Of a DNA stretch of 64,000 bases, positions 24,182 to 36,004 are shown one piece after another. Source of the stretch: Malacoraja senta (taxonomy: Eukaryota); the NCBI GenBank assembly GCA_038087875.1, contig JAXLNO010000305.1, forward strand, positions 1 through 64,000. Direction: 5' to 3'. The notes beneath the pieces were generated by a model. That model searched no databases, was not told the DNA's origin, and was given only the letters and a program-made list of their open reading frames with translations. Numbering within the stretch: the first letter of the stretch is position 1; each line of letters opens with the position of its first letter. A program made the position numbers and the translations under genes.

Positions 24182-24511
24182 AGGGTATTTGAACTTAATC
24201 TCACAAATTGCATTTCTATTTTGACTAGAACATTCATCTCTCTACATTATGTAATGAGCAGATAAATATATGCTGAACCAAAACGAGGAATTTGAAAATT
24301 TTATCAATGATCTGTTTGTGGAATTGAGATTTATGAAATCTTGCTATTATATAGTCTGGCATATCTTATCTATGGTGATTTTTTAAGAGACTTATTCATT
24401 TGGTTTCCCCTCGCTCCACTCGACTTGCTTCTGTGATTGTTTTCAAATAGTTACTTAATTCTGTTTGTAATGCTTCACTATGCAGTCAAGTACTACATTC
24501 CAGACCAGATA

Positions 24512-26078
24512 CAGTGGCTTGCAAAAGTATTTATACCCCTTGAACCTTTCCACATTTTGTCACGTTACAACCACAAACGTAAATGTATTTTATTGGGATT
24601 TTATGTGATAGACCAACACAATGTGGTGCATAATTGTGAAGTGAAAGGAAAATGATACATGGTTTTCAAATTTTTTTACAAATAAAAAACTGAAAAGTGT
24701 GGCGTGCAAAAGTATTCAGCCCCCCTGAGTCAATACTTTGTAGAACCACCTTTCGCTGCAATTTCAGCTGCAAGTCTTTTGGGGGTATGTCTCTTACCAG
24801 CTTTGCACATCTAGAGACTGAAATTTTTGCCCATTCTTCTTTGCAAAATAGCTCAAGCTCAGTCAGATTGGATGGAGAGCGTCTGTGAACAGCAATTTTC
24901 AAGTCTTGCCAGAGATTCTCAATTGGATTTAGGTCTGGACTTTGACTGGGCCATTCTAACACATGAATATGCTTTGATCTAAACCATTCCATTGTAGCTC
25001 TGGCTGTATGTTTAGGGTCGTTGTCCTGCTGGAAGGTGAACCTCCGCCCCAGTCTCAAGTCTTTTGCAGACTCTTAACAGGTTTTCTTCCAAGATTGCCC
25101 TGTATTTGGCTCCATCCATCTTCCCATCAACTCTGACCAGCTTCCCTGTCCCTGCTGAAGAAAAGCATCCCCACAGCATGATGCTGCCACCACCATGTTT
25201 CACAGTGGGGATGGTGTGTTTAGGGTGATGTGCAGTGTTAGATTTCTGCCACACATAGCGTTTTGCATTTAGGCCAAAACTTCAATTTTGGTCTCATCTG
25301 ACCAGAGCACCTTCCTCCACATGTTTGCTGTGTCAACAATGGCTTTCTTCTTGCCACTCTTCCATAAAGGCCCGATTTGTGGAGTGCACGACGAATAGTT
25401 GTCCTGTGGACAGATTCTCCCACCTGAGCTGTGGATCTCTGCAGCTCCTCCAGAGTTACCATGGGCCTCTTGGCTGCTTCTCTGATCAATGCTCTCCTTG
25501 CCCGGCCTGTCTGTTTAGGTGGACGGCCATGTCTTGGTAGGTTTGCAGTTGTGCCATACTCTTTCCATTTTCGGATGATGGATTGAACAGTGCTCCGTGA
25601 GATGTTCAAAGCTTGGGATATTTGTTTATAACCTAACCCTGCTATAAACTTCTCCACAACTTTATCCCTGACCTGTCTGGTGTGTTCCTTGGGCTTCATG
25701 ATGCTGTTTGTTCACTAATGTTCTCTAACAAACCTCTGAGGCCTTCACAGAACAGCTGTATTTATACTGAGATTAGATTACACACAAGTGGACTCTATTT
25801 ACTAATTAGGTGACTTCTGAAGGCAATTGGTTGCACTGGATTTTATTTAGGGGTATCAGAGTAAAGGGGGCTGAATACTTTTGCACGCGACACTTTTCAG
25901 TTTTTTATTTGTAAAAAAATTTGAAAACCATGTATCATTTTCCTTCCACTTCCCAATTATGCGCCACTTTGTGTTGGTCTATCACATAAAATCCCAATAA
26001 AATACATTTACGTTTGTAGTTGTAATGTGACAAAATGTGGAATAGTTCAAGGGGTATGAATACTTTTGTAAGCCACTG
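24512..26078 (-). mobile_element. Tc1/mariner DNA transposon, Passport-like IR/DR type, transposase frameshifted
   Basis: TA|CAGTG...CACTG|TA ends; about 213-bp TIRs (24512-24725, 25866-26078) with inner and outer gcaaaagtatt repeats. Confidence 0.95.
24666..25699 (-). pseudogene. Tc1 DD34E transposase in three frames
   Basis: [44 protein letters not shown]; small deletion and frameshifts. Confidence 0.92.
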
Positions 26079-29000
26079 TAAATGTCTCCTCATATTGGCT
26101 TTGAGGGAGCAGAGTCAGGAAATGTGCTAAGGCATGGAATTCTGAATGCAGAGTTATTAATGTGAGGCAAAGGAAAGGGGGTGCGAGGAGTTTGTTCAAG
26201 AGGCTCAAAGTTTAAAGGACTAAGGACTGTCGGGCTGCAGATGTTAAAGAATAGATGGGGCAAGGCCATGAAGTTATTTGAATTCTTGGAAGTAGGATCT
26301 ATTGCTGATTACTGATTAGTTTCACTGAGATCTAAAATTAACTCTAGTAATCTCTTGCTAATTAATCTACCTGTACAACGTTTTTGTGATATCAGCCGAA
26401 ATAATTTTGAAACCTGCAGAAATGTTGGGTTATAGACAGTTCTCAAAACCCTCGCGTAAGGCAGGGAATGCCAATACATATCATGCTCAGAGGAAGACGA
26501 TGGTAGGCAGTGGGGCTTTTCTGTGGTCTGGCACGTCGGATCCCAAAAGTGCTGGAATAGAGAGTTTTAAGCTGTCGTTCAATTTTGCTGGTTTGGTATT
26601 CTGAGTCACCTTCAAGATTGCAGACAGGTTGAGAAAGAACATAGTACAGCAGAATTGTGCATAGTACAGCAGAGAACATCACCTATTCCATTTCTCCAGA
26701 GATGCTGTCTGACCCGCTGAGTTACTCCAGCTTTTTGTGTCTTTCTATAGTACAGCAGAACAAGCTCTTCGACTCAAGAACTTTCTTGAATATGATGCCA
26801 GGTTATATTAATCCCTTCTGTTTGCTTGTGATCCATATCCCTCTATTCCTTTCATGTTTGTGTGCCTATCTAAAAGCTGTTTAAATGCCACTGTCATATC
26901 TGCTTCTGTTATCACTCTGACAGCAAGTTCCAGGCACCTACCACTCTAAACAAAATGTACTCTGCACATCTTTACCTTCCCCCTCTCGCCTTAAAGCTTT
27001 GCCCTTGAGTATTTGATATTTCTACCCTGAGGATATAGATTCTGTCTACCCTATCTGCACCTCATAAATATATACATTTTTATCAGGTCTCTCCTCGCCT
27101 TTTGTGCGCTCCAGCAAATGCCTAAAGCCCTCTAATCTAAAAAGCAGGATAAGTGATGGTTTGCCAGAAATAACAGATGTCCTTTTTGGTTTTGATCACG
27201 ACTGTTCCTGTGTGTGTAATTGGAAGTGTTCGGGTGCAGTTTTGTCGGGCCCACAACGTGAGCCACTGTAAGGTGCGGTGCACGAAGCAGGGCTCACTGG
27301 TGCACTTTGAGTGGGAAATGGTGTCGGCAGCCGATGCTCTAAATGGCCGGGGTGGGTGATGGGAGTCGAGGATGGGTCGGCAGGTCATTCCATTCACATT
27401 CAGTTTACATTTTATATTTGTTTTATTTAAGTTTCTGGCACTCCATGGTGCTTTAAAGACATGGGGGGAGTCATTAGCGGGCCAGGGGTGTATTGTTGTT
27501 TCATTATCACGTAACCTATGATGGTCCAGAAAAACGGATAATCCAGAAAGTTTCGGAAACAGAGGGTGCCGGAAAATCGGTATTCACCGTATCAGAGTTT
27601 TACTGTATATTAAACCAGAAGTGATAATCCTATCCATTGTGTGAAATAAAAACGTTTAGGTTTATTATTGTCATGTGTGAAAAGCATTATTTTGCATACT
27701 ATCAGTTATACCATTCATTTAACAATAAAATAAAGTCAAACTCAAGTACTGTAGATAAAGCAAAGGGGAAGATAGAGTGCACCATAGAGTGCTCAGCATT
27801 GTAGTTTACATTGGTTCCATAGACAAATTTCAATGTCCGCAATGGGGTAGAGGTGAATCAGACAGTACCCTAGCTTATGAAACAATGTAGATTATACTGT
27901 CTTAAATTTTTAGTTTTTAACTTAATGGCTTGCATTATAACAGAAGAAAAGTGGCCATCTGGAGAAAGAATTTGTATTACTATCTAAAGAATGTGCAAAC
28001 CAGCTGTGTCTCAACCCAAAATGTCACCCATTCCTTCTCTCTAGAGATGCTGCCTGTCCTGCTGAGTTACACCACCATTTTGTGTCTATCTTCGGTTTAA
28101 ACCAGCATTTGCAGTTCCTTCCTAAACATACCAATACTGCACATGGGGAAAATGCTCACGATTTAAAGTCGCAAGGGGTATTTTTACCATTGTAAATTGT
28201 CAACTGCATTGATCTAGTCTGAGATTTCTTTTGGTCCCATGATAATTTTTAGATGTTTTTATTTTGCTTTGAGATTGCCTGGATCTTGGCTAATGTCCAG
28301 TTGGATAGTTAGCTCTTTGTTTTGTTTATTGCAAAGTTCTGTTAATTTAGTTTCTTCTCTACTATAGCAGAATTTTTTTATGTTTTATCACCATATTAAT
28401 AATTCATTTGTCATTGTTGATCTTTCCAAAAAAGTAATTTAATTATGTTTTGCTGTGTTGTAGTTCTTTTGCCAAATTATCGAAAATGCTTTTTACTGAT
28501 ATTAACAAATTTGGAACTGTTGGCCAATAAAAGAAGTACATATGTTCTCTTAGTTTTACGTTAATATATCCCACCAAGTAGGTGCAAAATAATAAAATCA
28601 CGACCAGAAAATAATGATACTCCAGTTGAGCATCATCGAGGAGCAGAGAAGGCAGTTAACATATGGGCCCCGACATTAGAACTTGAAAATTTTGCATTGC
28701 TGTTTTTTTTCCAAAAGTATCTTGGCTGGAAGAAATTGGGTGGGAACTAAAGAAATAAGTTGGGGAAAGGTCTGTGAAAGTAATCGGCAGGGGGTATTAA
28801 ATGATATGGGAAAAGAGCAAAAATATCAGTGCAACTGTAAATAGGAATAGCAGATTGTGACAAAAAAAAAGGTTTCAATTGACCATCTCAAATCTGATGG
28901 ATACTCATGTCACCTATTGATGCAATCTTCATCAATGTTCATTTTGGTTTCTGCCAAAATCCTTCATAACAACTTTGATGTAAACATGCATGCAGGTGTG

Positions 29001-29266
29001 GAATATCCTGGGAAAGGCAAGTTTGGTTGGTATTCACTGAAAGACCACATTCAATTCAGCATGGTTTCAGAGAATCCAGGAAAAGCACGTTTTTAAAATG
29101 GGGGTCTCTTCCATTTCAAACATGTTATCTTGATATTCAGTGGCAGTGCCACAATTTCTACTGTCACTAAATACAGCACTGTCAGTATCAGTGGTTCAGG
29201 GTCACCAGTGGCTTGCTGTACAAATAGCCACTCCAAAGGAGTTGCAGAAACTAGGCAGCCTTAATG

Positions 29267-30191
29267 TTTTTTTGTTTTTTTTTAAATATTTTAATTTTAT
29301 TAGAAGTAAGTACAATTGTATACAATCATATTTTCATAATACCTTTTATGTACAGCTTCTTATTTAAATTTTTTTTTGAAATAAAGAAGAAAAATAAAAA
29401 AGTTAGATAATGAAAAATAGAAAAATGTGAGATGTATAGTGTGTGAAAAATAAAAATAAAGAATGAAAAAAGAAAGTTGAGACATAGAAAATAGAAGAAA
29501 GAGAATAAAAGAAGAGAAGAAAAGAAAATAGAAGGAGATCATTTATAATCTTGACCATCCGCAGTCACGGATTAGCTTTTACACCTGTTTTGCACCATAT
29601 GTTTCCAAAAAGACGACAAATGGAGACCAACTCGTTATGAATTGGTCAAATTTATCTATTAGGAGGAATCGCATTTCCTCAAGATGTGCGGTATCCAACA
29701 TACTTGCAATCCACATTTTGAGTGTTGGTATTGGTGTATTTTTCCAAAATTTCAATATTAATTTTTTTGCTATTATTAAACCATAATTAAAAATTGACTT
29801 TTGAGATGAGCTCAATTTGTTCCCGTCTTCCATTACCCCAAATATAATCAATTCATTATTGGGTTCCATTTTTGTCTTAAATAGTTTTGTAAATATTTCG
29901 AAAATATCACTCCAAAATCCATGAAGTTTTATACAAGAAACAAAAGAGTGTGTTATAGTTGCGTCTTGGGTTAAACATTTATCGCAAATGGGCGATATAT
30001 TTGGATAAAATTTATTTAATCTTGTTTTTGAGTAATATAATCTATGTAAAATTTTAAATTGGATTAGGTTATGTTTTGCGTTAATCGAACACTTGTGAAT
30101 GTATGTCAAATACTTTTCCCATGTAGCCTTCGTAATTTTTATCAATAATTCCCGTTCCCACTCTTCTCTAATTACCTCGGTCACAGGTAAA
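29267..30191 (-). mobile_element. 5'-truncated L1 (ORF2 C-terminus, 3' UTR, A-tail)
   Basis: ORF 29579-30184 homologous to the end of the full L1 ORF2; TSD cagccttaatg at 29256-29266 and 30192-30202. Confidence 0.92.
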
Positions 30192-30827
30192 CAGCCTTAA
30201 TGGCTTAAAGTGCTTCCTTTAAAAAACCTAAAATGATTTCAACACCACTTAGCCTCCTGCATTTATTTACGAAGGGTAAGAAAACGTGGAAGCACCATTA
30301 TTTAAGGTGCCACACATATTAGGAAATATTTTTTCTTTCTTAACTGGATCATTGCATCAAATCTGCAGAATCTTCTGCTAGCATAATTACAAAGACAATA
30401 AATGTTTGAGAAAGCTCCTGCCACATCTTGTGCCAGCAAATGTCAAGACACTCAAGTCTATTATTTAGTATTGTATAGAAAAGTAACAGGCCATTCATCC
30501 CAAAGTCTTTTCCAATTTGTTTTACAAATGCTTCTTGCACAACTTTTTCTTTCAGCTTTCTATTCCTTTGATCTTGAAGTACTAGTATAACTTCTCTTGA
30601 AGAGCATCCTTGCTATGTGCTTTGACTATGCTATACATTAGCAAATTCCATGCTTTAACAGCTCTGTACAAAGACATTTCTCCAGAATTCATTGGATGTT
30701 TTGCAGTTATTTGCTTATCGCCTCTAGCTGCTAGAGTCTAGCACATCCAGTCAAGATATGAGAAAAATCTTTCCAACATCTACCATGTCAAATTTCAAAA
30801 TCTCACTTCAATCTGATTGCTCTGAAG

Positions 30828-31252
30828 CATAGAAACATTGAAAATAGGTGCAGGAATAGGCCATTCGGCCCTTCGAGCCAGCACCGCCATTCAATATGAT
30901 CATGGCTGATCATCCAAAATCAGTTCCCCGTTTCTGCTTTCTCCCCATATCCCTTGATTCCGTTAGCCTTAAGAGCTCTATCTAACTCTCTCTTGAAAAC
31001 ATCCAGTAAATTGGCCCCCACTGCCTTCTGTGGCAGAGAATTCCACAGATTCACAATTCTCTGGGTTTTTTCTCATCTCAGTCCTAAATGGCCTACTCCT
31101 TATTCTTAATCTATGACCCCTGGTTCTCGACCGCCAACATCGGGAACATTTTTCCTGCATCTAGCCTGCCCAATCCCCTAAGAATTTTATATGTTTCTAT
31201 AAGGTCCCCTCTCATCCTAAATTCCAGTGAATATAAGCCCAGTCGATCCATT
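30828..31252 (-). mobile_element. CR1 3' fragment
   Basis: Reverse complement of the ORF2 end and 3' UTR seen at 2920-3330. Confidence 0.85.
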
Positions 31253-31642
31253 AGTTGATCATATGTCAGAAGCATTATCAGGGCTCTCACTTAACTTTTT
31301 TTCTCTGTTTCTAGCCGGGCAGCCTTGGCAGCTTTTTAGATTGCCAAATGACAGTTTAGGTGGTAATTTAAGACTGCTTGCATGACGCGTGCGATAATGT
31401 GCTCGGACGAAGTGCGAGTCGGAATTATGCTCAATGAAACATTCACATATTATTTCTGCTTCAAATAAAGTCACAAATTAAACATATTCACCAATCAAGA
31501 CATGATATATACCACAATGACATGCAGCAAAATTATAATACAGTATCTCAACTCTTTTTATACATTGCAATGAATGCAATTTCTGTTATTTCTTTCCACT
31601 TCCAAACAAAAATGTGGTTGCATTATTCAGTGTATGATCAAC

Positions 31643-32790
31643 CTTGGTGAGACCAAGCGCAGGCTTGGCGATTGCTTCGCACAACACCTCCACTCAGTTC
31701 GCAATAACCAACCTGATCTCCCGGTTGCTCAGCACTTCAACTCCCCCTACCATTCTGTTCTGGGCCTCCTCCATGGCCAGAGCGAGGCCCACCGCAAATT
31801 GGAGGAACAGCACCTCATATTTCGCTTGGGTAGTTTACACCCCAGCAGTATGAACATTGACTTCTCCAATTTCAGGTAGTCCTTACTTTCTCCCTCCTTC
31901 CCCTCCCATTCCCAGCTCTCCCACAGCCTACTGTCTCCTCCTCTTCCTTTCTTTTTCCCGCCCCCCCCCTCGACATCAGTCTGAAGAAGGGTCTCGGTGC
32001 CTATTCCTTCGCTCCATAGATGCTGCCTCACCCGCTCATTTTCTCAGCTTTTTTTGTCTACCAACAGGATCCCTCCACTGGCCACATCTTCCCATCTCCT
32101 CCCCTGTTGGCTTTCTGCAGAGACCGCTCCCTCCGTAGCTCCCTGGTCAATTCGCCCCTTCCCTCCCAAACCACCCCTCTCCAGGCACTTTCCCTTGCAA
32201 CCGCAGGAAGTGCTACACTTGTCGCTTTACCTCCCCCCTTGATTCCATTCAAGGACCCAAGCAGTCTTTCCAGGTGCAGCAGAGGTTCACCTGCACCTCC
32301 TCCAACCTCATCTATTGCATCTGCTGCTCTAGGTGTCAGCTGCTCTACATCGGTGAGACCAAGCGTAGGCTTGGCGATCGCTTCGCCCAACACCTCCGCT
32401 CAGTTCGCAATAACCAACCTGATCTCCATGTGGCTCAGCACTTCAACTCCCCCTCCCATTCTGAATCCGATCTTTCTGTCCTGGTCCTCCTCCGTGGCCA
32501 GAGTGAGGCCCACTGTAAATTGGAGGAGCAGCACCTCATATTTTGCTTGGGCAGTTTGCACCCCAGCAGTATGAACATCGACTTTTCCAATTTAAGGTAG
32601 TCCCTGCTTTCTCCTCCCCTTCCCAGCTCTCCCTCAGCCCACTGACTCCGCCTCTTCCTTTCTTCTTCCCGCCCCCCCCCCCCACCCTTACATCAGTCTG
32701 AAGAAGGTTTTCGACCCGAAACGTCGCCTATTTCCTTCGCTCCATAGATGCTGCTTCACCCGCTGAGTTTCTCCAGCAATTTTGTCTACC
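31643..32790 (+). mobile_element. Penelope-like element, partial tandem (pseudo-LTR) arrangement of two 3' segments
   Basis: Two GIY-YIG fragments (31643-31879, 32274-32600), each followed by the same terminal region ending ttttgtctacc. Confidence 0.85.
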
Positions 32791-33015
32791 CATTCACACA
32801 TTCTGTTATCCCACTCTCCTCACCCACTCCCTACACATAAGGGGCAATTTTACAGAGACAAGTTAACCTACAAAGGCAATGCATCTTTGGGATGTCGGAG
32901 GAAACCCACACGCTTGCAGGGAGAATGTGCAAATTCAACACAGACAGTGCCCGAGGACAGGATCGAACACAGATATCTTGCGTGTGAGGCAGCAAGTCTA
33001 CCAGCTGTGCCACTA
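32790..33015 (-). mobile_element. V-SINE copy
   Basis: Reverse-complement homology to 23890-24090. Confidence 0.7.
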
Positions 33016-33195
33016 TATTTTGTTTTACACAACAAAATTATACGTTGATAACTTTGGTTACTAAAAAAAAAGAAACTATCCATTTTCAGTCTTAAATGTC
33101 TAAGTGACGCTATGTCACCCTTTACAGCTACTGTATGTTTTAATTCAATTCAAGACTATGGGGCAGTACATTGCCCATAAAGTTGCTGCCTAAAA

Positions 33196-34236
33196 GTAGC
33201 AATGTTACAAAATTTTGAGATTTTAAAAATAAAGTCTGCAATTTATCTCATCAGATAAAGCATAAAAAGAAGTTTAATTTGACACTTAATTCACTTTCAT
33301 ATCTTCAGTATTAAAAAGGTTATGGCCATTATCACACTCAGAAATTAGCATCTAGTTCCCTATTGCTTTTCCATTGACTTAACACAAAAGCTGTGATCGA
33401 GGACAGTTAAAAGCCCATAACTTTCTTAAAAATTATGGTAACTGAAAGAAATTTTCAGGTATTATAGATTGAAGCATTCTGAAACAAATATGAAACAATC
33501 TTACTTCGAAGACATGAAAGTAAAGCATATAATTAGTTAGTTACCTAATTGTAGCTAATTACAAAATTCAATTACTAGATCTAAACATCTATCAATTTCT
33601 TAAGAATAGATTAACATTTTTAAATAGTCTAAGTGTCCAAATAACATTCACACAATAATTCACAATATAACATAATTTTTAAATCTAATTTTCATGAATT
33701 TACAGGCCAAATGGAAGGAATTGAATGTTTAATACCTGTAAATTAATGGGGATTTAATTCATCTTGCGAGTGAGGATTACTGGAACGCGATCTTTTGGAA
33801 CGTTGATTTGCGGTGAATTTAACCCCGTATTGGCATGAAAAATACTGCCGTTAATTCGGGGAATAAAATCACCGTGTCGCATGACAAAATGTGAATTAAA
33901 GGCTTCTTAAGAAGCACTTTTATACATTTAAAGAAAGCACTTTCGTTTACCTGTCCATTGTGTGAAATCCGTCCCCGTTATCGGCGTTGACGCTTCAGGA
34001 GCTGCTTTTAAAATGACTAGCGCTGACATTGACGATTTAATAAAAATAAAAAATTCACAAAACGCCGGTAGGAACGATTTTGTCAGCCAAGGTTTGTACT
34101 CCAACAAAATATTTCCAGGACAAGGGAGGAGAAACCGCGTTTTAACCCCGCCCCCCCCTTAAAGGCGCCAAAATCGCGCACACGGCCAGTGGCAGAATTA
34201 CAGCGCGACTGAAGGTAAGTTTTGTAACATACCTAC
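33196..34236. mobile_element. About 1.04-kb non-autonomous TIR element inserted into a SINE head
   Basis: TIR gtagcaatgttacaaaa / ttttgtaacatacctac; SINE gttgctgcc-taaaa...taaaa-gtgccagagacc reconstitutes across it. Confidence 0.75.
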
Positions 34237-34865
34237 TAAAAGTGCCAGAGACCCGGAATTGATCCTGAATATGGGTTCTGTCTATGGAGTTTGCTTCTTT
34301 TCCCTTTGTTCGCATGGGTTTTCTCCTGGTGCTCTTGTTTCCTTCCACATTCCAAAGGTGTGCAGGAACCTATTTCAGACCCAACCCAAAACGTAAAATT
34401 TTCCTTTTGTCCAGAAATTCTGTCTGACCTGTTGAGTTACTCCAGCTTTTTGTGTCTATCTTCAGTTTAAACCAGCCTTTGCAGTTCCTTCCTACACACA
34501 CGATACTATACGATAGAACTTTATTAATCACAGGAGGGAAATTGTGTGTGTGTATGTGTGTATATATATATCACACACACACGCACACGCACACTCACAC
34601 TCACATAGTTATATATTCATATATAAATATACACTGTTTTGTTTTCTCGTTTATAACATTGTTTACAGGGTACTATGTTAACATATTCTGTTGTGCTGCT
34701 GCAAGTAAGGATTTCATTGTTCTAACTGGGACGTGAGAGAATAAAACACTCTTGACTTGCATTGCAAATGTGTGGATAAAACTAGTGTACGGGTGATCAG
34801 TGGTTGGCGTGGACTCGGTGGGCCGAAAGGCCTGTTTCCACGCTGTATCTTTAAATTAAACTAAA
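34237..34865 (+). mobile_element. Remainder of the V-SINE, interrupted by a Penelope-tail SINE and a Rex-like tail with (CA)/(TA) microsatellite
   Basis: SINE body 34237-34366 and tail 34765-34865; intervening gttactccagc...gcagttcc and ggatttcattgttct...aataaaa pieces. Confidence 0.6.
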
Positions 34866-36004
34866 AACACTAAAACCAGAGGGAGTTTAAAGAATGGTCT
34901 CTACCTGATTTCTTGCAAATTTCTTCTATTCAGAGATGCTGGCTGCTCCATAGAGTTCCCCCGCACATTTAAAGCATGGAATAGTCTTCACCCAACCATA
35001 GTTACCCAACAAGACACAACTAAGTTTATGGTAGCTCTTTTTTCCCCCAAGAACCCTTTTTTGCTTAAGTCCAAGTCATGAGTGTTTTATTGTCATATAT
35101 CCCAATTCTTGTAAACATAATACAGAACAGGAGATAAGTTCAGTATATCATATACCATATATATACACACAATAGATAAAGTGCAATAGGCTGTTATTGT
35201 TCGGAGTTTGGAGGTGGACCCTCCACCACCTCCTGTTTAAATTTCATTTGGAATATTTTTGGAGGACCAGGAAACCAAGAAGCAAGAGTTACTCCAGCTC
35301 CAGGGAGTGATTCTGCATTGGTTTTCAGCGGTCGTGGCGAGGCGGCGACCGGACAGCAGTGGCGCCCAGTTCTCCCACAATGCAAAGGGAGAGAGAAAGT
35401 GCCGGCGCCGACCAGTTGTCGTGGCAGTGCGCATGGCGACCGATGATGTGCTGGCCGTAGTTGTGCGCATGTGCAGGGGGAGGATGTGCATGCCGTGGCA
35501 GTGCGCATGTGCAGGGCAGCCAGCCGTGTCGGCGGATGAGGAGCGGAGACCCGGACACGGATGGCGGGCGGAGACGGAGAGTGACCGAGAAAGAGATAGA
35601 GAGGGGGGCCCGCTCAGAGTTGAACGGCAGGTGTCCCGGGTGCTTGCCAAGCCGGGCAAAATGACACGACTTTTAGGTTGCCCGGCAGGACTTTAGGTGG
35701 CCATTGGCACCTGGGCAACCGTTAATTTCGAGCCCTGATTATGGAGGAGAACATATCCCTCACTACCACCCATCAACAATGACTGTTTATATTTCATACA
35801 TATATAGACAATGCAATTCCAACGGGAAATAGTTGTCAGAAGTATTGGAAGGGAGGTCACAATAGGAAGTCAAATTCTGCAGTTGTGAGATGCACATAGT
35901 TGTGAGATTCTGACTGTTTAACATCTGGGAACATGTTTGTAGCTAGCGGTATAATAAATACTGGTTAGTATCATCAACAGTTTATCATCAACAACTCTCT
36001 ATCA

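Larger units (their letters stand above)
31279..35737. mobile_element. Putative non-autonomous hAT-like DNA transposon (ends 31279-31640 and about 35240-35737) enclosing nested insertions
   Basis: Imperfect TIR cagggctctcacttaac / gttaatttcgagccctg; flanked by ATTAT on both sides. Confidence 0.55.

Noticed and set aside
30203..30306. Possible tiny MITE (gtgcttcc ... ggaagcac)
   Set aside because: Only an 8-bp inverted match with no clear TSD.
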